Of a stretch of 64,000 nucleotides of DNA, positions 55,571-64,000 are shown piece by piece. How positions within the stretch are numbered: the first letter of the stretch is position 1; each line of letters starts with the position of its first letter. Position numbers and translations under genes: made by a program. This stretch comes from Dehalococcoidia bacterium (lineage in GTDB: Bacteria > Chloroflexota > Dehalococcoidia > Bin125): the NCBI GenBank assembly GCA_965220315.1, contig CBDCPP010000002.1, forward strand, positions 690,146-754,145, written 5' to 3'. The notes beneath the pieces were generated by a model. That model was given only the letters and a program-made list of their open reading frames with translations. It ran no database searches and was not told the origin of the DNA.

Positions 55571-56029
55571 CTAATCGTCTACGCGCTCCAATACGACCAC
55601 GGGGATCTCCCGCTCGGTCTTCGTCTGGTAGTCGTTGTAGGGCGGGTAGATCTGTGCCAGCTGCTCCCACCGCTTGGCCCGCTCGTCTCCGGTCGCCGTG
55701 CGCGCGCGCGCCGAGAAGCGTTCACCAAGCACCTGCACGCCGACTTCGGGCATCGCTACCAGGTTCAGGTACCAAGCCGGGTGTTCAGGCGCGCCACCCT
55801 TGGACGCAACGATCACGTAGGCGCCGTCCGCTTTGCCGTAGATCAGGGGCAGCGTCTTGGCGCTTCCTGAGCGGCGCCCCGTGGTCGTCAGGAGAAGCGT
55901 CGGGATCGGACCCGGACCCCCAGCCGCCGACGAATCCCACATATGTCCGTCGGCCCCGTCCGTCGCCAGATATTGCCGCAGGTGCCCTTGGATCCAGTCT
56001 GGGAGGTCGCCCGGAATTTTGTCGCTCAC
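55571..56029 (-). CDS. Deazaflavin (F420)-dependent nitroreductase (DDN) family protein
   Basis: 152 aa with GGAPEHPAWYLNL, a motif characteristic of the family. Confidence 0.8.
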   Translation of the reverse strand: MSDKIPGDLPDWIQGHLRQYLATDGADGHMWDSSAAGGPGPIPTLLLTTTGRRSGSAKTLPLIYGKADGAYVIVASKGGAPEHPAWYLNLVAMPEVGVQVLGERFSARARTATGDERAKRWEQLAQIYPPYNDYQTKTEREIPVVVLERVDD

Positions 56030-56233
56030 GTATCGTTCCTCCTCATTTCATTTCCTTTTTCGTAGCGTCGTCACGGCCCGTTCGCCGGCTGTCGACTCAT
56101 TGCACCCCGCTTGGTCGCCTTCAGCTTCAGTACCGAAGCCCGAATCTTACGGAGAAACCCCTACATCTTCGCGGGGCCTACGGGTGCACGCGACGACTGG
56201 GTGTAGTGCTTTTCCCCGGCCGCCCCCCAGCGC

Positions 56234-58039
56234 TTAGCTCCGCTGGCCCGCCCGCAGCACCCGCTTGCGCAGCCGGAAGGCCCGCGGCGTCACCTCGATC
56301 TGCTCGTCATCGGCGATGAACTCGATGGCCTGTTCAAGCGAGAGTACGCGGGGCGGTACGATCTGGACGAAGTCGTCCGCTGAAGCGGCGCGCATGTTGG
56401 TGAGCTTCTTTTCTTTGGTGACGTTAACGTCGAGGTCGCCGGGGCGAGAGTGCTCTCCGACGATCATGCCCTCGTAGACCACGGCGCCCGGAGAAAGGAA
56501 GAAGGTGCCGCGGGGCTGCAGGTGATCCACCGCGAAGGAGGTGGTTTGGCCGGCGCGATCGGCGACGAGTGCGCCGGTCAGTCGTTGCGGGATCTCGCCT
56601 CGCCAGGAGCCGAACTCTTCAAAATAATGGTTCATGATGCCGGTGCCCTTGGTTTCGGTGAGGAGTTCGGAGCGGAAGCCGATGAGCCCGCGCGAGGGAA
56701 CCTCGAAGCCGATGCGCACCCTGCCGCTGCCGTGGTTGACCATGTCGCTCATTCGCCCTTTGCGCGGCCCCAGTTTCTGGGTCACCGGACCGACGAATTC
56801 CTCCGGGCAGTCGATGATGAGGCGTTCAATGGGCTCCTGGACCTTACCGTCCTCGATCCGCGTTAGCACCTGCGGCTTTCCGACCGAGAACTCGAAGCCC
56901 TCGCGGCGCATCATTTCGATGAGGATGGCGAGTTGGAGCTCGCCACGGCCGGCCACCACATAGCCGTGCCCGTCCGGCGATTCCTCGACGCGGATTGAGA
57001 CGTTGATCCGGGTCTCTTTGAGAAGACGCTCGCCAAGCTTGCGCGAGGTGACGTGCGGTCCCTCGCGGCCCGCCAGCGGCGAGTCGTTCACAGAAAAGAT
57101 CATCGAGAGGGTGGGTTCATCGACGTGGATGGCTGGCAGGGGGCGGGGGTCCTCGGGGTCGGCCAGGGTTTCGCCGATGGCGGTCCCGTCGAAGCCGGCC
57201 ACGGCCACGATCTCTCCCGGCCCGGCGGTTTCGATGGAGACGCGGCGCAGCCCCTCGTAGCCATATAGCTGGGCGATCTGGACGGTTTCGGTGGTGCCGT
57301 CCAGCTTGCAGCGAGCCACGCGCTGTCCCCGGGCCAGCTCGCCCTGGAAGATCCGGCCGATCGCGATGCGGCCGACATAGTCGTCGTAGTCGAGCGTTGT
57401 GACGAGCAGCTGGAGGGGGTGTCCGGGCTCGAACGTTGGCGGGGGGACGGTCCGCAGGATCTCTTCGAAGAGGGGTTGCAGGGTCGCCGAGTCGTCCTCC
57501 AGATCAACCTTGCAGACGCCGTCTCGCGCCACCGTGTAGAGCACCGGGAACTCGAGCTGCTCGTCGGTGGCGTCGAGGTCGATGAACAGGTCGTAGACCT
57601 CGTTGATGACTTCCTGGGTGCGCGTATCCGGCCGGTCGATCTTGTTGATCACGAGGATCGGCGGCAGGGCCTCGTCGAGCGCCTTGCGGAGCACGAAGCG
57701 GGTCTGTGGCAGCGGCCCTTCGCTGGCGTCGACCAACAGCAGGACGCCGTCGACGAGCTTGAGGGTGCGCTCGACCTCGCCACCGAAGTCGGCGTGGCCC
57801 GGCGTGTCGACGATGTTGATGAGCACATTCCCGTAGCGCACGGCCGTGTTCTTGGCCATGATCGTGATGCCTTTTTCCCGCTCCAAGTCGATCGAGTCCA
57901 TCACGCGCTCGGCGACCTCTTCGTTCTCGCGAAAGATGCCGCTCTGCCACAGCATCGCGTCGACCAGTGTTGTTTTGCCGTGGTCGACGTGGGCAATGAT
58001 CGCAAGGTTGCGTAGGTCGGAGCGGACCGAGGTGGTCAT
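56234..58039 (-). CDS. typA: Translational GTPase TypA/BipA
   Basis: [34 protein letters not shown]-motifs. 601 aa with EF-G-like architecture. Confidence 0.95.
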   Translation of the reverse strand: MTTSVRSDLRNLAIIAHVDHGKTTLVDAMLWQSGIFRENEEVAERVMDSIDLEREKGITIMAKNTAVRYGNVLINIVDTPGHADFGGEVERTLKLVDGVLLLVDASEGPLPQTRFVLRKALDEALPPILVINKIDRPDTRTQEVINEVYDLFIDLDATDEQLEFPVLYTVARDGVCKVDLEDDSATLQPLFEEILRTVPPPTFEPGHPLQLLVTTLDYDDYVGRIAIGRIFQGELARGQRVARCKLDGTTETVQIAQLYGYEGLRRVSIETAGPGEIVAVAGFDGTAIGETLADPEDPRPLPAIHVDEPTLSMIFSVNDSPLAGREGPHVTSRKLGERLLKETRINVSIRVEESPDGHGYVVAGRGELQLAILIEMMRREGFEFSVGKPQVLTRIEDGKVQEPIERLIIDCPEEFVGPVTQKLGPRKGRMSDMVNHGSGRVRIGFEVPSRGLIGFRSELLTETKGTGIMNHYFEEFGSWRGEIPQRLTGALVADRAGQTTSFAVDHLQPRGTFFLSPGAVVYEGMIVGEHSRPGDLDVNVTKEKKLTNMRAASADDFVQIVPPRVLSLEQAIEFIADDEQIEVTPRAFRLRKRVLRAGQRS

Positions 58040-58219
58040 CGGGCTTTCCTGGTAAGGCTATGCGTGGGCAATCGAGGGAGTTCCACAGGGGGAGAGTCAC
58101 TGTATAGGAGAACGGCGCGTGGAACCGACGCCTACGCTTCACCGTCCCGCGCCCGCTTGTCTTTCCGTCTCGCGTCTCACTCCCCTCGCGTGCCTCCGAC
58201 TCCCTCCCTGGCGCCGCGC

Positions 58220-59188
58220 TCAGTCCTTGGGCCCGGGAGCGCGCCGGTCCGGCGGCGGCCGGAAATCTGCGGCGGTCTTGAGTGGGAAGGCATCGGCTGG
58301 CGTGGACTCCGGCGTCAGCGGTTGCGAGGCAGCAGCCGGCTCGGCCGGAGCCACCGGGGTGCCAGACCCTCCCGCGGGTGATTCTTGTGGAGCGGGTTCG
58401 CCCGCGATGGAGGGGCGATCCCTCGCGGCGGCCGTGAGGTCGCGTTCGTGGTGCTCCAAAAGCCGTCCATCCGCCATCTCTTCGACGCGATCGGCGAATT
58501 CCAAGACGGTGCGGTCGTGCGTCGCGGTCAGGATCGTCACACCGCTTTGGTGTGCCAGCTTGCGCAGGAGGTCGAAGATCGCACGGGCGTTGCCGGAGTC
58601 CAGCTCTCCGGTGGGTTCGTCCGCGACGACGAGCGACGGCTCGTTCACCAACGCACGCGCGATTGCCACTCGCTGCTGCTCACCGCCCGACAGTTCGTAG
58701 GGACGGTGGTCGCTGCGGGCATGCAGATCCACTCGCTGGAGGAGTTCGGTCGTGCGGACACGGCGCTCCTGCAGGCCGGCGCCCGCGATGCGCAGCGCGA
58801 CCTCCACGTTCTCGTAGGCCGAGAGGAGGGGCAGGAGACCGAACGACTGGAAGACGAATCCGATCTCGTGGCGCCGCAGCCGCAGCAGTTGGCGCTCCGT
58901 GGCGCGTGTGATCTCTTTGCCGGCCAGGTAGACGCGGCCCGAGTCGGGGCGGTCAAGGCCGGCGATGAGATTCAGCAGCGTCGTTTTGCCGGACCCAGAC
59001 CGGCCCATCAGGGCGGCGAACACGCCCCGCTCGAGACGCAGCGAGACATCCCGAACCGCCCAGATCGCCTCCCCACCCACTTGGAAGCGGCGGCTCACTT
59101 GTTCCACGTTCACGATCGTCTCCGAGTGGCCACTTGGCGCAGCCGACGGGACGGCAGGGCGCTCGCTGCTGTGCGGTCGGCCGGTCAT
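58220..59188 (-). CDS. ABC transporter ATP-binding protein (MacB/LolD-type) with a Pro/Ala-rich C-terminal tail
   Basis: [35 protein letters not shown]. The last ~90 aa form a low-complexity tail. Confidence 0.85.
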   Translation of the reverse strand: MTGRPHSSERPAVPSAAPSGHSETIVNVEQVSRRFQVGGEAIWAVRDVSLRLERGVFAALMGRSGSGKTTLLNLIAGLDRPDSGRVYLAGKEITRATERQLLRLRRHEIGFVFQSFGLLPLLSAYENVEVALRIAGAGLQERRVRTTELLQRVDLHARSDHRPYELSGGEQQRVAIARALVNEPSLVVADEPTGELDSGNARAIFDLLRKLAHQSGVTILTATHDRTVLEFADRVEEMADGRLLEHHERDLTAAARDRPSIAGEPAPQESPAGGSGTPVAPAEPAAASQPLTPESTPADAFPLKTAADFRPPPDRRAPGPKD

Positions 59189-60165
59189 GCGTCGGCCTCG
59201 GGAACGCGCGAGATAGTGACACGACCATCTTTGAGATCCATCTGGACGTGGCTTCCCAGCCCCGCCGCATCCCGCAGCTCCTTCGGGATCTGTATGCGGC
59301 CGCTGTGGTCGACCACCGCGTACTCGCGGCGGAGGACGTCAGCGGCGCTGCTGACCGGCGCTCCAGTGGAGTTGAAGATCTCCGTTGCGATGCGACCATC
59401 GCGGATCATGACCACGCGCGGCACTCGGTCTGTGATCCCCTCGTCATGGGTCACGATTACGATCGTGACCCCGAAGCGACGATTGAGGTCGGCGAAGAGG
59501 TCGAAGATCTGGTCGCCGGTGCGCGTGTCGAGTTCGCCGGTGGGCTCATCGGCGAGTAGCAGGGGCGGCTCGTTGGCGAGCGCCACCCCGATCGACACGC
59601 GTTGCTGCTCCCCGCCGGACAGCTGCTCCAGGCGCGATCGTGCGCGCGCGGTGAGACCGATCGCCTCAAGCAACTCCTCGGTGCGCTTGCGCACGTGCTT
59701 GCGCGGCCAGCCGGCGATGATCATGGGCAGCTCGATGTTCTGGGCCGCCGAGAGGTAGGGGATCAAGTTGCGACCGGCTTGCTGCCAGACGAAGCCGACA
59801 TGCCGCCGCCGGTACTCCACGAGCTCCGGTTCCTCCATCGTCAGCAGGTCCCGGCCGTCGACGAGGACGGAGCCGGCGCTTGGCAGGTCCAGGCCGGCCA
59901 GAATGCTGAGCAGCGTGGACTTGCCGGAGCCCGAGGCACCGACAAGCGCGAGCATCTCGCCGCGCTCAATGCGCAGGTCCAGGCCCCGCAGCGCGACGAC
60001 CTCCAACTGCGCCACTTTGTAGATCTTGAAGAGGTCTGCGCAGACGACGTGCCAGTCGGGGTTCCTCGGCGCGAATCCGTCGCCGGCTGCGGAGGGTGGC
60101 TGCTGCGTCATCGGCCGCATCGTCGATCTATCGTGCGCTTCATCGTGGAGTCTGGCCTGCGTCAT
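59185..60165 (-). CDS. ABC transporter ATP-binding protein with an AbrB/SpoVT-like C-terminal segment
   Basis: GASGSGKST, LSGGEQQRVSIGVAL, LLADEPTGELD. ATG 60165 forms an ATGA overlap with the permease stop. The tail reads GRIQIPKELRDAAGLGSHVQMDLKDGRVTISRV. Confidence 0.85.
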   Translation of the reverse strand: MTQARLHDEAHDRSTMRPMTQQPPSAAGDGFAPRNPDWHVVCADLFKIYKVAQLEVVALRGLDLRIERGEMLALVGASGSGKSTLLSILAGLDLPSAGSVLVDGRDLLTMEEPELVEYRRRHVGFVWQQAGRNLIPYLSAAQNIELPMIIAGWPRKHVRKRTEELLEAIGLTARARSRLEQLSGGEQQRVSIGVALANEPPLLLADEPTGELDTRTGDQIFDLFADLNRRFGVTIVIVTHDEGITDRVPRVVMIRDGRIATEIFNSTGAPVSSAADVLRREYAVVDHSGRIQIPKELRDAAGLGSHVQMDLKDGRVTISRVPEADA

Positions 60166-63100
60166 TCGCCCAGCCGGAGGACGCGGTAGAGCGCGAGGCG
60201 TGCGTACAGCGCTACGACGACGCCGACCGTCAGCAAGAAGACAGCGCCGAGGATTGCATAAACGATGCCGATCGTACCCCAGTCCGTTGCCAGCACGAAG
60301 GGAGGCACGACCTCCTCGCCGCGCTCGGTGATCCCGAGGAATTCGAGCATGAGGATGCCGAGGCGCGCGCCGATCAGCGTGCCGACCGCCATCGCGAGGA
60401 CCACGATGAAGACCTTTTCGAAGGCTACGACGGCGAGCGTCTGTCGCAGGGAGAAACCCAAGGTTCGCAGGATGGCGAACTCCAGCGCGCGCGCGCGGGC
60501 GGAGACGAGCGAGGAGACGAGGAAGCCGAGGATGCTCAGCAAGAGCACCGAGGAGAACGATAAGAAGAGCAGGCCGTCCCAGCCGGCGGCGGTGAGGGGG
60601 TCCTCGTTCTGGGCGTCGCGGAGTGCTTCGGCGTCGAAGACCGTGAGATCGCCGAAGCCGCCTGCGGCGATCGTTTCGCGCAGAGAGGCGAGCCCGGCCT
60701 CATCCCCGGGATCGATCCACACCTCGTTTGGGGCGACGCTTCCGAAGCGCGTGCCTTCCGCGTTGATTAGAAAGCTCAACCGTTCCCCGTCGGCGAGAAG
60801 GAGGCCGTTCCCCTGCCGCGGGTCAAACGTGGGGAACAGATCGAACGCGCCCGCAATCCGAACAGGCATCGGTCCCTGGGTTGCGAAGACGAGGACTTCG
60901 TCGCCGATGCGGAGTTCCGCGTCGTCGAGGAAGGCCTGATTGGCGATCACCGCCAGCGGGAGATCGTCTCCGGCGATCCGGATCCCCCGCGCGGTCTGGA
61001 GACTGCGCTCCCACGTGTAGCGGGCGGCGCTCTCGCCAGAGACGACGAGATCGCGTTCCGCGTTGAAGCGGTCGGGGCGGCCGGTGGCTGTGGCTTCGAA
61101 GACAGGCGCCCAGCGCTCGAGACTCTCGAAATCCTCGACAACGACGCCGTCATCGAAGGTCGTATCCGGCGGCCCCGCTGTCGGACTGTATTGCAGGTCG
61201 TCGAACACGATCTGGTTGGCGAACGATCCGAAGCGCGGAGCCCGCCGCACGGAGATGCCCGTGACGGTTCCAGGGCCCGAAGCCAAGCCGTCCAGCGGCG
61301 CCGTGAGCAGTTGCCATCCGATCCCGCCGTCCAACGTGGGGCCCAGCCGAAGATCGACGTAGCGCCCCTCGCCGTCCCGGATCCGCAAGGACACGATCAC
61401 GCTGCTGGCGCGCGTCAGATGGGCCCAGATCCCGACGCGCTCCGCGTCAGTGGGGATCACGACGGCCGGAAGCTCGAGCGGGTTCTCACGCAGCGGTTCC
61501 AGGAGCGTCTCCAGGGAATCATCTGCCAGGTCGTCACGGAACCAGGCGACCTCCGGGAGCTGGGCTGGGTCCACACCGAGGAGATCGACCTTGACCAGGC
61601 CGCGGTTCCCGAGCTTGTAGCGGACGTCGGTGCGGAGTGCAGCGCTCGCGGCGGCGACATCGCCCCGGCGTTCGAATTCGGCCGCCAGGCTGACGGCTCC
61701 GAGCTCGTTCGTATTGAGCCCGGATAGACGGAGGGGCGCTCCGGCCAGGTAGGCCGCGCGATCGTCGAACGACCGCTCGAGGGTCGAGCCGAACGTCGCG
61801 GCGAACATGCCGATCGCGGTCGCCAAGATGAGCAAGAGCACAAGGCGCGAATGCCCCAGCGGGGCACGCATCAGCTGCCATATCCCGAGTTGGAGCGTGG
61901 TACTGCTGAAGCGCCTTGTGGCGCTGTCGACGGCGCGTACGAGCAGTGGGAAAACGCGCAGGAAGACGACGGCCACCGTGACCAGGAAAACCGCGGGCGC
62001 CAGCAGGAGGAGGGGGTCGTAATTGAGGTCACCGAACAGCTCCTCGGTCACGAGCGAGTCCGAGGTCTGAAGCTGGAAGAAGAGCAGCGCCGCCACGACC
62101 ACGACGACGAGATCCAGGTAGTAGCGATGGAACGCGGATTGTTCGGCAGGCCGGGACAAGGCCTGTTTGTGTTGCACGATGCTGCGCCGCCCCATCGCGA
62201 TCGCAGGCACGAGCAAGGCAAGGAAGGCCAGCCCCGCACCCAGTGCCGCCCAGGTATAGGCTGTGTCGGTGAGCTGCGTGTCCAGCAGTGCGCCGCCGCT
62301 GAGTCCGTCGAACGCGGGCGTCAGCCCGAGAAGCGATACGATGCCCAACGCGAGCGGCGGGCCGATCGCCAGGCCGATCCCGGACAGGATCGCGCCTTCT
62401 AGCACATAGATCCCAAGGATGTGACGAGCTCCCGCTCCCCGGCTCTTGAGCAGCGCGACCTCACCGGCCTGCCGCTCGACGAGCAGCGCCGCCACCATCA
62501 TGAGGTAGTACAGCACAATCGCCACGATCTGGAGGGTCATGACCAAAAGCGGTACCTGCGCGAAGAAATCCCGCTTCGAGAAAGTGTCCAAGAGGGCCGC
62601 CATCTCGCTCTGCACCCGCGCTCTGTCGACACTGCCCAGGACGGTCCGCTCGAAGGTGCGCAGCCGTTGAGCCAAGATCTCGGCGTCGTCTGAGTCGATC
62701 GTCATCAGGTCGAAGTACGCGAGCGTCTCCACGCGAGCGGTGATATCGGGAAGGTGGCCCGGGATCACGCTCAGGAGCGTGTCTTCCGTCGTGAAGAACC
62801 GATAGGTGGGTGGGTCAAGCCGGTCCACGAAGAAGTAGTCGGTGCGGCGCCCCCAGTACTCCTCCTCCGCGTCCGTCTGGCCGATGATCCCGACGATCGT
62901 CACCTCGATCGGCACCACGTCTTCGCGCCAGAACGGGTGTAGGGCGAAGGTGTCGCCGATCGCTATACCGAAGGCGGCGGCCGCCTCGGAGCCGAGCGCG
63001 ACTTCGACTCTGGGCGCACCTTGCGACGTCGCGCTGGGTTCCGAGTTGGGCAAGCGCCCAGCGTCGATAGTGATGTGCGGGTCAAGCTCGGTAAGAAACT

Positions 63101-63491
63101 GCAGATTGGCGCGGGGGAGGTCAGGCGTTTTGCGGAGGCGGACATCTGGATCGGTGAGGAAGAACGTCGCGGAGACCGCGGTGCGGGTGCTGGCATTGAG
63201 GTACGGATCGATCCGGCTCAGGCCCCGGTCGATTAGCGCCTGGGATTCCTCGTAGCCGGGCGACGCGAGCCCGTGCCCGCTCAGCGAGACGGCCAGGTCA
63301 AGTTCCGTCTTGTCGGCTCGGCTCAGCTCGACGTCGATCCCGCGCTCACGCAGCGCGTTGCGGTAGATCTCGGTGGCGGACATCAAGCCCACGGCCAGGA
63401 TCACGCCCACCATCACCGCGGCCAGCAAGCGCCGGTGTCCGGCGGCCCGGCCCAGAACGAGGCGCAACACGATGCGCAGCGTGATCAGCAT
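60162..63491 (-). CDS. Large FtsX-family ABC transporter permease (two FtsX-type TM bundles with big extracytoplasmic domains)
   Basis: Trimmed to ATG 63491 (MLITLRIVLRLVLG). About 1109 aa with TM clusters in the middle and at the C-terminus. It is coupled to two ATPase genes. Confidence 0.8.
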   Translation of the reverse strand: MLITLRIVLRLVLGRAAGHRRLLAAVMVGVILAVGLMSATEIYRNALRERGIDVELSRADKTELDLAVSLSGHGLASPGYEESQALIDRGLSRIDPYLNASTRTAVSATFFLTDPDVRLRKTPDLPRANLQFLTELDPHITIDAGRLPNSEPSATSQGAPRVEVALGSEAAAAFGIAIGDTFALHPFWREDVVPIEVTIVGIIGQTDAEEEYWGRRTDYFFVDRLDPPTYRFFTTEDTLLSVIPGHLPDITARVETLAYFDLMTIDSDDAEILAQRLRTFERTVLGSVDRARVQSEMAALLDTFSKRDFFAQVPLLVMTLQIVAIVLYYLMMVAALLVERQAGEVALLKSRGAGARHILGIYVLEGAILSGIGLAIGPPLALGIVSLLGLTPAFDGLSGGALLDTQLTDTAYTWAALGAGLAFLALLVPAIAMGRRSIVQHKQALSRPAEQSAFHRYYLDLVVVVVAALLFFQLQTSDSLVTEELFGDLNYDPLLLLAPAVFLVTVAVVFLRVFPLLVRAVDSATRRFSSTTLQLGIWQLMRAPLGHSRLVLLLILATAIGMFAATFGSTLERSFDDRAAYLAGAPLRLSGLNTNELGAVSLAAEFERRGDVAAASAALRTDVRYKLGNRGLVKVDLLGVDPAQLPEVAWFRDDLADDSLETLLEPLRENPLELPAVVIPTDAERVGIWAHLTRASSVIVSLRIRDGEGRYVDLRLGPTLDGGIGWQLLTAPLDGLASGPGTVTGISVRRAPRFGSFANQIVFDDLQYSPTAGPPDTTFDDGVVVEDFESLERWAPVFEATATGRPDRFNAERDLVVSGESAARYTWERSLQTARGIRIAGDDLPLAVIANQAFLDDAELRIGDEVLVFATQGPMPVRIAGAFDLFPTFDPRQGNGLLLADGERLSFLINAEGTRFGSVAPNEVWIDPGDEAGLASLRETIAAGGFGDLTVFDAEALRDAQNEDPLTAAGWDGLLFLSFSSVLLLSILGFLVSSLVSARARALEFAILRTLGFSLRQTLAVVAFEKVFIVVLAMAVGTLIGARLGILMLEFLGITERGEEVVPPFVLATDWGTIGIVYAILGAVFLLTVGVVVALYARLALYRVLRLGE

Positions 63492-63595
63492 GGCGAAGAG
63501 CGATGCGGATGTATGACACGATCTTGCAGCGGCGCTCGTCGGCGACGGCACACTAGGATCCGGCTGTGCCTGACGACGGCGGAGAGGGGCGGACG

Positions 63596-64000
63596 ATGCG
63601 CGCACGCGTGACTGCGGCCCGGGCCGGTGGCCTTTCGCTGGCGCTGCTCGCATCCCTGACCTTTGCGGTCACTTCGGTCTTGGGCTGGCAGATCGCCGAC
63701 GAATCGGATCCCGAGCCGCGTCGTATCTTCCAAGGCGAAACTCTCTTGGATAACGCTCCAACCGCCGACTTGGCAGGCATCGTGAGCGACGTCGAAGGGG
63801 AGCACGTGCAGGTGCGCGTCGATGAGACGCTGGTGTCCGTGCGCGTGGGGTCGGAGGCGCTGATTCAACAGCTCACTCCCATCACACCGGCGGAGGTTCT
63901 GGCGGGGGAGTGGGTGATCGTAGGTGCGGTCGATGACAATTCCCTGACGCTGGTCCTACAGGCAGTGGTCATCGCCGGACCGGACGAAGTATCGCCGTGA
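63596..64000 (+). CDS. Hypothetical secreted/membrane-anchored protein
   Basis: MRARVTAARAGGLSLALLASLTFAVTSVLG is a signal-like N-terminus. The stop TGA is at 63998-64000. ATG 63566 is an alternative start. Confidence 0.4.
   Translation: MRARVTAARAGGLSLALLASLTFAVTSVLGWQIADESDPEPRRIFQGETLLDNAPTADLAGIVSDVEGEHVQVRVDETLVSVRVGSEALIQQLTPITPAEVLAGEWVIVGAVDDNSLTLVLQAVVIAGPDEVSP

Overview
High-GC (about 68-70% by hand counts of sample lines) bacterial chromosomal segment. Genes are tightly packed, GTG/TTG starts are frequent and many neighbours overlap by 1-4 nt. F420-type enzymes (two LLM oxidoreductases and a DDN-family protein) suggest an actinobacterial or Chloroflexi/Thermomicrobia-like host, but this is inference only. 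Most of the window is transport and catabolism. It holds a double ABC-2 exporter, a polar amino-acid ABC importer, a CoA-transferase/D-aminoacylase/SDR/GNAT block and a BMP-type ABC importer. It also holds two xanthine-dehydrogenase-family (CoxLMS-like) loci. A long minus-strand cluster encodes an acetophenone/acetone-carboxylase-like enzyme (two hydantoinase-A paralogues, hydantoinase B and a zinc gamma subunit). That enzyme is flanked by two PaaK-like CoA ligases, amidohydrolase, LLM oxidoreductase and an SCP-x thiolase/DUF35 pair. Housekeeping typA and a large FtsX-type ABC system lie at the right end. The standout is a lower-GC insertion of about 5.7 kb (42.66-48.38 kb). There a 23%-GC divergent control region drives a C5 cytosine methyltransferase translationally coupled to a MutY/Mig-like HhH-GPD glycosylase. 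In the other direction it drives a four-gene operon: a 78-aa protein, a 634-aa GHKL/Bergerat-fold ATPase, and 257-aa and 276-aa proteins in which I recognise no domain. I consider this a candidate uncharacterised methylation-associated defence system. No rRNA, tRNA, CRISPR array, transposase or intact integrase was seen. All assignments come from motif reading of the supplied translations; no database search was possible.
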